Below, piece after piece: positions 46,221-52,447 of a stretch of DNA of 52,447 nucleotides. A model generated the notes under the pieces. It made no database searches. It was given only the letters and a program-made list of their open reading frames with translations, and had not been told where the DNA came from. The number at the start of each line of letters is the position of its first letter. Positions within the stretch are counted from its first letter, which is position 1. This DNA comes from Bacteroidota bacterium (GTDB taxonomy: Bacteria > Bacteroidota > Bacteroidia > Palsa-948). The stretch is from positions 1-52,447 of the forward strand of contig JAZDJJ010000144.1 in NCBI GenBank assembly GCA_043804035.1, in the 5' to 3' direction. The position numbers were made by a program, and so were the translations under genes.

Positions 46221-46946
46221 TTATTGAGCAAAGTTAACGCGTATTCCGCTAATGATGCTAACAGAAAAAACACGATGAATAATTTCAACGGGTCCTTCTG
46301 TATCGGCATTATTATAATATTTATATTCAAAACTAGGAGTTAGGAAAATAAAAACCCGCGGATACACTTCATAATCGGCTGTAATTCCTGTATTTAAAAG
46401 AAAACAAAATGGCCATGTACGGTCGTCAATGAAATTAAACCGTTTAACATTTGTGTATCCAAACCAGCCAAGATGGGTATTCAAATTGAAAGAATATTTT
46501 TTATTAGAATCATATTTAAACGGCACCTCCATCTGAAAAAACATTTTATCAAATCTTAATCCTTCGTCAAACAAAATAAATTTTTCTCCTCGTTCAGAAT
46601 AAACCTCCAGTTCGGCGAGATAGTGCATCTCAAAAGAAATTCCCATTCCTAATCGTACTTTTTTAATTGGAGCCATAACATTTACTTCATAATGCTGAGT
46701 GGGGCTGTTGGCTCGGAATTTGAAATCTTCTGTACTCATCACCGAACCGTTTTTATTGTAAAACTCAGTACTTTTAAAAGACGAATTCCATCGTGCAGTT
46801 CCTATTCCATATCCGAGAGCAATAAGGTATTTATCTCTTTTATTCTTTTTACCGAAATACATGGTGGTTGGGAGTTGAGAAAATACAAAAGTTGTAGAAA
46901 AAAGAAAGCAAATTATAATAAAGAAAAATTTCATTTGAATTTGCAA
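46221..46946 (-). CDS. Secreted / outer-membrane hypothetical protein
   Basis: 241 aa. Signal peptide (MKFFFIIICFLFSTTFVFSQ) and beta-strand-like alternation. Sits between nadK and the bioF-like gene in an apparent operon. Confidence 0.45.
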   Translation of the reverse strand: MQIQMKFFFIIICFLFSTTFVFSQLPTTMYFGKKNKRDKYLIALGYGIGTARWNSSFKSTEFYNKNGSVMSTEDFKFRANSPTQHYEVNVMAPIKKVRLGMGISFEMHYLAELEVYSERGEKFILFDEGLRFDKMFFQMEVPFKYDSNKKYSFNLNTHLGWFGYTNVKRFNFIDDRTWPFCFLLNTGITADYEVYPRVFIFLTPSFEYKYYNNADTEGPVEIIHRVFSVSIISGIRVNFAQ

Positions 46947-46954
46947 TAAAGTTA

Positions 46955-47833
46955 TTAATTTCTTCTATCCATACCCCACATCAGTTTGTTTCGGATAGTG
47001 GAAAGAAAATTATAATTTTCAAGTTTGATGAGTGAAATACAAAAATCGGCTTTTTTAATGATTAGTTCAACAGAAGTCGGAACGGTTGCGAAACGTGAAT
47101 CTAATGAAACAAGAAATCCTGCACTTCTGCTATTTACCTTCAGCATAATTGATTCATCAGAAGAAATTATGATTGGCCGAACATTCAGATTATGCGGGGC
47201 AATTGGCGTGATGATAAAATTATCAGAGTTTGGCATAACGATAGGACCGCCACAACTGAGTGAGTAAGCTGTGGATCCTGTTGGTGAAGCAACAATAAGT
47301 CCGTCTGCCCAATAGGAATTTAGAAACTTTTCATCTAAATATGTGTGAATGGTAATCATAGAAGAAGAATCTTTTTTTTGAACACTAATATCATTGAGCG
47401 CAAAATTTTCTTCTCCGAAAACTTTTTGTTTTGTTTCTAGTTCTAGTAAAATACGTTTATCTAACGAATATTTTTTATTGATTACTGCATCAACTACCAA
47501 TTCAACTTCTTCTTGCGAAACATCAGATAAAAATCCAAGCCGCCCTGTGTTTATTCCTATTATAGGGATATTAGAATCTCGCACAAGAGTAATAGTTTCC
47601 AATAATGTTCCATCACCTCCGATGCTGAAAAGAAATTCTACTTTACCTTTTATATCCTGATGAGAAACGAAAATATTTTTTTTATCCACTTTCACCAAAC
47701 CTTCAAGATGTTTCACGAATGGTTCATATACCAGCACATCAACACGGGAATTTTCTAATTTCAAAAAAAGCGATTGAATGACTTTTCCTAAAGTTTTAGG
47801 ATTAAATGCACGACCGTAAATTGCAATTTTCAT
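46955..47833 (-). CDS. nadK: NAD+ kinase
   Basis: 292 aa. GGDGTLL, INTGRLGFL and STAYSLS motifs. Confidence 0.93.
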   Translation of the reverse strand: MKIAIYGRAFNPKTLGKVIQSLFLKLENSRVDVLVYEPFVKHLEGLVKVDKKNIFVSHQDIKGKVEFLFSIGGDGTLLETITLVRDSNIPIIGINTGRLGFLSDVSQEEVELVVDAVINKKYSLDKRILLELETKQKVFGEENFALNDISVQKKDSSSMITIHTYLDEKFLNSYWADGLIVASPTGSTAYSLSCGGPIVMPNSDNFIITPIAPHNLNVRPIIISSDESIMLKVNSRSAGFLVSLDSRFATVPTSVELIIKKADFCISLIKLENYNFLSTIRNKLMWGMDRRN

Positions 47834-48003
47834 AGTATATGAAATATATATATTTACAAATGTACAAATGAAAACTTTAAATCAAATGTTTTTTAAAAAA
47901 TATAGGACTTTTCTTTTTTGCATCTTTGAGTTATTTTTAAGTAACCCATTTTCATTAACCACCAAATAAAAAAAATCAATCTGACAATTCATTAATCTAT
48001 CAA

Positions 48004-48834
48004 ATGCAATTACAGTTCAAAAATAGAACATTGTCTCTTGCTTCGCCAATTGTAATGGGCATCCTGAATGTTACACCGGATTCGTTTTTTGACGGAGGAA
48101 AATTTATAGATGAAAATTTTATTCTATCTCAAACAGAAAAGATGCTTAATGAAGGAGCAGATATTATTGATATTGGCGGATGTTCTACTCGCCCGGGAGT
48201 TCAAACTGTTAGTGAAGAAACAGAACTTACCCGACTGATTCCTGCAATCAAAATCATTCGGAATAAATTTCGTGACGCTATTATTTCTATAGACACATTC
48301 AGAAGTGATATTGCTGAAAAATCTATTGATGCAGGAGCCGACATGATAAATGATATTTCGGGTGGAACCATAGATAATAATATGTTTGATATAATTGCCA
48401 AACATAATGTTCCTTATGTATTAATGCACATTCAGGGAACTCCACAAACAATGCAACAAAATCCTCACTATGAAAATGTTGTTGAAGAAGTAAAAAAATA
48501 TTTTGCTGAAAAAATTATTCTGCTAAAAAATTCAGGGGTGAAACAAATTATCATTGATCCGGGATTTGGTTTTGGAAAAACTCTTGAACATAATTATTCT
48601 CTGTTAAACAATCTCTGCTCATTCAAATCATTCGGACTTCCATTGCTCGCTGGAGTTTCCAGAAAATCAATGATAAACAAAATTCTTGGCATAAAACCCG
48701 AAGAAGCATTGAACGGCACAACTGTAATAAACACAATTGCATTATTGAATGGAGCAAATATTTTGCGCGTGCACGATGTAAAAGAAGCAAAAGAAGTAAT
48801 CAAAATCTATAAGTTTAAAGTTTGGAGTGCATAA
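48004..48834 (+). CDS. folP: Dihydropteroate synthase
   Basis: 276 aa. GILNVTPDSFFDGG, DIGGCSTRPG, DPGFGFGK and RVHDV. Confidence 0.95.
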   Translation: MQLQFKNRTLSLASPIVMGILNVTPDSFFDGGKFIDENFILSQTEKMLNEGADIIDIGGCSTRPGVQTVSEETELTRLIPAIKIIRNKFRDAIISIDTFRSDIAEKSIDAGADMINDISGGTIDNNMFDIIAKHNVPYVLMHIQGTPQTMQQNPHYENVVEEVKKYFAEKIILLKNSGVKQIIIDPGFGFGKTLEHNYSLLNNLCSFKSFGLPLLAGVSRKSMINKILGIKPEEALNGTTVINTIALLNGANILRVHDVKEAKEVIKIYKFKVWSA

Positions 48835-48875
48835 AGTTTTTGATACAATCTTATTATTTTTTTAACTTGATAATT

Positions 48876-48895
48876 CCCTGCAGTTTGCCGCAGGG
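48876..48895. terminator. Weak GC-rich hairpin between convergent folP and S8 protease genes
   Basis: CCCTGC-agtttgcc-GCAGGG forms a 6-bp stem. The flanking T/A runs are poor, so function is uncertain. Confidence 0.3.
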
Positions 48896-48970
48896 TTGTT
48901 CATTACACAACAAAAGAATTTGATAATACAATAACGTGATGAAGCTAAACAGTATAAATATATACTCTCC

Positions 48971-51880
48971 TCATCTTACAATTGCAAATTTTTTCGTAAT
49001 AGTTGATTCACCATCTTTCAGTTGGTAGTAGTACATACCACTGCTGATTTTGGATACATCAAAAGTTTTTTCATGAATATCCCAAACAAGTTTTTCGGCA
49101 GTCATTACAACCTGACCAACTGAATTCATAATGGCAAGTGAGGTATTATTGTTTTTCGGAACATTATATCTGATGGTAATAAAATCAGAAGCAGGATTAG
49201 GATAATGCCATATTTCAAAATTATTATTTTCAATATCATTAACACTTACTATGCAGTTGTTATCGTATTTATATTGTGCAGCGCAGGCGCTTGTTTGAAT
49301 GTCGGCAAGATTATCTCCGGCAATAAGTGCAAAAGCAACTTCAATACTATCTCCGGCATTTATTGTAAAAGGACCGGTACTCACGCAATCAAACACATCT
49401 CCACCTCCTGCCGCCGCATAACCATCAGTAGCGCGATTAGTTGATAACACAGTAAATTTTTTTGCCGTAAAAAAATCAACGGGACTAACACCACCATTGC
49501 CATTCGGAACATTATCAATAGTATAATGAAGCGCAGGTCCGGTGGAAAGTAATTTTATGGCGGCATATTTTCCACCGGCAGCAGTATGCCAAACATATCC
49601 CATTTTATTTGCAGCATCATACGCTCCTTTATTTTGCCATGCATTAGTGATATCCCAATCTGCTATGATACCTGCATACAAAGTATCAAGTGTGCTGTTG
49701 TTAGTATTTTTTATTTTATATTTTACAAGGATAAACTTTCGGTAAGGAACTGTTGACCATGCATAAGCGCTATGATGCACTTCAACGGGAATAATTGATG
49801 TGGAAGACGAATCATTGAACTTTCCTTCAACATCAAAATCAGAAACCACAGCAGGATTATTTCGGCAAACGCGGGAAAGAGTTTTAAAATCATTGTTGGC
49901 GGTACTTGATTCGCGGAACATATCAGAAACTTTTGTTGGAGATGTTCCAATCATCAAGCTCATTTCATAGAGTAAATTTTCGGCAGTAGGTAATTGATAT
50001 TGAAACCCGATACCTTGCATCTGACCAAACAGATTGTAGCCAGTTCTTCCTCTACTTGTGATAGTAGTGAATACATCATTTACAGTAACATTAACAAAGT
50101 CAACATTCACAATAATATCAAAGTACTGGCTGCTGGAATAAGTACCATCGGTAATTGTTATTTTAAATTTCAAGTTTTGATTTATAGGTGCATTTGAGGC
50201 AATAGTAATCCGAAATGGATCTACATTATTGTTCCTCGTTCCAAGAGTAGCAAGTGCGCCTATTATTGTACTGCTGTCAACAAGAGCAGGCAAAGTTCCT
50301 GAGGAAACAGAAGCAACAGTGAGTGTAGCAATACAATTGCTGGATATTGCATCAAGATAGTTAGTAAAAACACCAGAAAAATATAAGGTTTCGCCGGGCA
50401 AAAAAATATTATCATTATTATCAGTAACAGTAATAGGATTCATTATTACCGATTTGGCTGCTTGCGTAAGAGCATTATACATATTTATTCTTCCTTTGCC
50501 GAGTTTGCCTTGTGAATAAAGTAATTGAGTATTATTATTATTACCTGTTAATATATTGCAAGTTTGTTTCAGTTTTTCAGCTGCCTGAAGACAGTTAGTA
50601 TAAGTATAATTAAAGTATGCTTGAATCAGTCCTGCAGCACCAGCAGAAACAGGGCAAGCCATAGAAGTTCCGCTCAATGCAGTATAACTACTGTTAGCCC
50701 AAGTGGAATAGATGCCGTCTCCGGGAGCACTCCAGTCAACATCATTTCCGTGATCAGAAAAATTAGATCTGGAATCATCATTTGTTGAAGAAGCAACACG
50801 ATAAACATTATTAGAAGAAGAAGGATATACTTGCTGATTAATACCACCATTTCCAGCAGAAGCGAACACCGCAACATTTTTATTTATTACAGCATAATCA
50901 ATAATACTTTGTTCATAATCGCCACCGCCGGGTGTTCCCCAAGAGCAACTGATGATATTGCATCCATGGTCTGCAGCATATATTATACCTTGGTAAGCGG
51001 CAATTAATGATCCACTTGCATTAGCAACTTTTACGGGAAGAAATTTGGTATTGAATCCCGGGCTGGCAACGCCGGTTACATTGTTTGTTGCTGCACATGC
51101 ATCTCCAGAAGTGGCAACACCATGAGCATTGCCTTGCCATGTGGGATCGCGATCATTCATTCCAACATCCCATCCATAGTAGTTATCAATATATCCATCA
51201 CCATCATCGTCAATTCCATTCACAGCAGGACCATCGGCTGTATTATATTTTATGTCTGCTTGAAGGTCGGGATGGTTAAGTTGGAAGCCAGTGTCGGTAA
51301 TTCCTATTACAATACTTGCACTACCTGTGTACATAGTCCATGCATCAGTAGCGTTAATGCTTCCGGGAACATTTCCCCGTAGATGATACTGTGAAACCCA
51401 TCCTGTATCGCTTGGATTAAGATGAATTTTGGGGATATACCAAGGTTCAGCATATTCCACATAACCGAGTGAAAGCAATTGATTGATTACTTTATTCAGT
51501 GCAACATCAGCAGTGTACTTAAAAGAATAGATAAGCGAAAGGTCAACCATTTGTTGTTCCATTGAATTTCTTTCATGCACCGGTGCTTCGTGGTTGGGAT
51601 ATATTTTAGCAAGATTTTGCTCCCCGATAAAATTCATAAAATCATTTATCGCAAAAAGATTATCAATAGAATTGACTCTGCAGTTCTGCCGATACTGTGG
51701 TTTTACTTTGAAGATGATAGTTTTAGAAAGATAATCTTCACCATCTTTTAAATTCTCCGGTATTTTGTAGAATTTTTTTGCGGGATTATTCGGAATGATG
51801 ACTCTCGCATTGTTTCCGGCAAATACAAATATGAAACTACATGTAATTGTAGCGCAAAGAAGTAATAATTTTTTTTTCAT
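48971..51880 (-). CDS. S8 (subtilisin-like) serine protease with T9SS C-terminal sorting domain
   Basis: 969 aa. Signal peptide, catalytic triad contexts GITDTGF (Asp), AHGVATSG (His) and GTSMACP (Ser). The last ~80 aa (YPNPASDFITIRY…GMYYYQLKDG…KKFAIVR) form a Por/T9SS type A CTD. Confidence 0.9.
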   Translation of the reverse strand: MKKKLLLLCATITCSFIFVFAGNNARVIIPNNPAKKFYKIPENLKDGEDYLSKTIIFKVKPQYRQNCRVNSIDNLFAINDFMNFIGEQNLAKIYPNHEAPVHERNSMEQQMVDLSLIYSFKYTADVALNKVINQLLSLGYVEYAEPWYIPKIHLNPSDTGWVSQYHLRGNVPGSINATDAWTMYTGSASIVIGITDTGFQLNHPDLQADIKYNTADGPAVNGIDDDGDGYIDNYYGWDVGMNDRDPTWQGNAHGVATSGDACAATNNVTGVASPGFNTKFLPVKVANASGSLIAAYQGIIYAADHGCNIISCSWGTPGGGDYEQSIIDYAVINKNVAVFASAGNGGINQQVYPSSSNNVYRVASSTNDDSRSNFSDHGNDVDWSAPGDGIYSTWANSSYTALSGTSMACPVSAGAAGLIQAYFNYTYTNCLQAAEKLKQTCNILTGNNNNTQLLYSQGKLGKGRINMYNALTQAAKSVIMNPITVTDNNDNIFLPGETLYFSGVFTNYLDAISSNCIATLTVASVSSGTLPALVDSSTIIGALATLGTRNNNVDPFRITIASNAPINQNLKFKITITDGTYSSSQYFDIIVNVDFVNVTVNDVFTTITSRGRTGYNLFGQMQGIGFQYQLPTAENLLYEMSLMIGTSPTKVSDMFRESSTANNDFKTLSRVCRNNPAVVSDFDVEGKFNDSSSTSIIPVEVHHSAYAWSTVPYRKFILVKYKIKNTNNSTLDTLYAGIIADWDITNAWQNKGAYDAANKMGYVWHTAAGGKYAAIKLLSTGPALHYTIDNVPNGNGGVSPVDFFTAKKFTVLSTNRATDGYAAAGGGDVFDCVSTGPFTINAGDSIEVAFALIAGDNLADIQTSACAAQYKYDNNCIVSVNDIENNNFEIWHYPNPASDFITIRYNVPKNNNTSLAIMNSVGQVVMTAEKLVWDIHEKTFDVSKISSGMYYYQLKDGESTITKKFAIVR

Positions 51881-52336
51881 TTATTTATCAGGTAAATTTT
51901 TTACGAAGTTAAAGGTATTATTTTTATAATCAATCTTGCAACAAAAATGTTTCAAGCCATTAGTAACAGTAAGATATTCGGCTTTTTTCCCTTTACCTAT
52001 ATTATACATAGCAACTTGGTGAAATGCGTCTTGTGTAATTTTTATCGTTGGCGATTTACACTCAATAATCATCCATATATTTCCGGTTTTATTAAAAACA
52101 ATAATATCACTTCGCTTTTTCAAACGATTGTATTTCAATCCGCTTTCAACGGCAATCAACGATGCGGGATATTTTTTCTTTTGAATCAAATATTGAATAA
52201 AATTTTGCCTGACCCATTCTTCGGGAGTGAGTGCAACAAATTTTTTTCGGACGGAATCAAAAATCTGAATTCCTTTTTCTGATTTCTGAATACGGAATTT
52301 ATATTCGGGAAGATTGAGTTTAAGCATGCTTATCAA
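51881..52336 (-). CDS. HsdR N-terminal (PD-(D/E)XK-like) domain-containing protein
   Basis: 151 aa. LTPEEWVRQNFIQYL…RSDIIVFNKTGNIWMIIECKSP matches the 'type I restriction enzyme R protein N-terminus' family common in Bacteroidota. Its stop directly abuts the S8 start codon. Confidence 0.65.
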   Translation of the reverse strand: MISMLKLNLPEYKFRIQKSEKGIQIFDSVRKKFVALTPEEWVRQNFIQYLIQKKKYPASLIAVESGLKYNRLKKRSDIIVFNKTGNIWMIIECKSPTIKITQDAFHQVAMYNIGKGKKAEYLTVTNGLKHFCCKIDYKNNTFNFVKNLPDK

Positions 52337-52388
52337 ATAATTATATTACATTTGCCAACATCAAAAATAATCTTTAACCTTAATTTCT

Positions 52389-52447
52389 ATGAAAACACTT
52401 ACTTCTTTATCAATCGTTGCAGCAGTAGCATTTTGCTTTTCTGTAGC
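52389..52447 (+). CDS. 5' end of a secreted protein gene (signal peptide only; runs off window)
   Basis: ATG followed by KTLTSLSIVAAVAFCFSV, open to the window end. Confidence 0.3.
   Translation, partial: MKTLTSLSIVAAVAFCFSV

Noticed and set aside
1-52447. Prophage, ICE, genomic island or a novel defence operon
   Set aside because: I saw no integrase, transposase, relaxase, capsid/terminase, Cas, RT, methylase or helicase-nuclease multi-gene cluster. The tRNA-Ser is not followed by an integrase. Accessory genes are isolated one- or two-gene modules of known classes.

Overview
AT-rich segment (about one-third G+C by eye, not computed) that looks like a Bacteroidota chromosome. Supporting signs are a T9SS C-terminal sorting domain on an S8 protease, an S46 dipeptidyl-peptidase, a fused SecDF, the ZapA/RNase Y arrangement, and no Shine-Dalgarno-like sequences. 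It holds about 50 protein genes and one tRNA-Ser(GGA). Most genes are housekeeping: atpC, hldD-like epimerase, M23 peptidase, zapA, rny, wzm/wzt plus a methyltransferase, rng, adk, ggt, purE, secDF, a complete trpEGDCFBA operon ending in a DAHP synthase, lpdA, bioF-like, nadK and folP. I saw no rRNA, CRISPR array, transposase, integrase or phage genes. Accessory content is limited to a HEPN/MNT pair, a HigB/HigA-like pair, an ORF6N protein, a PD-(D/E)XK fragment and an HsdR_N-domain protein. I did not find a convincing new multi-gene protein system. The most notable signals are ones an ORF track misses. (1) A ribosome-mediated trp attenuator: 13-codon leader with WWW, mutually exclusive hairpins and a terminator. 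(2) Twelve tandem TAYGAAT heptamers 5 nt from the hldD-like start codon, with relics of the same family at two trp operon junctions. (3) A ~230-bp mosaic repeat in inverted orientation at 16.8 kb and 45.0 kb, bracketing 27.8 kb, whose copies differ by clean 23-nt insertions from other repeat families. (4) An untracked 31-codon hyperbasic ORF resembling ribosomal protein bS22. (5) An A10 tract where a 1-nt change swaps the C-terminus of a 1116-aa protein. (6) Several interspersed, nested palindromic repeat families filling almost every long intergenic gap. All homology calls are from motif recognition by eye; nothing was searched or computed.
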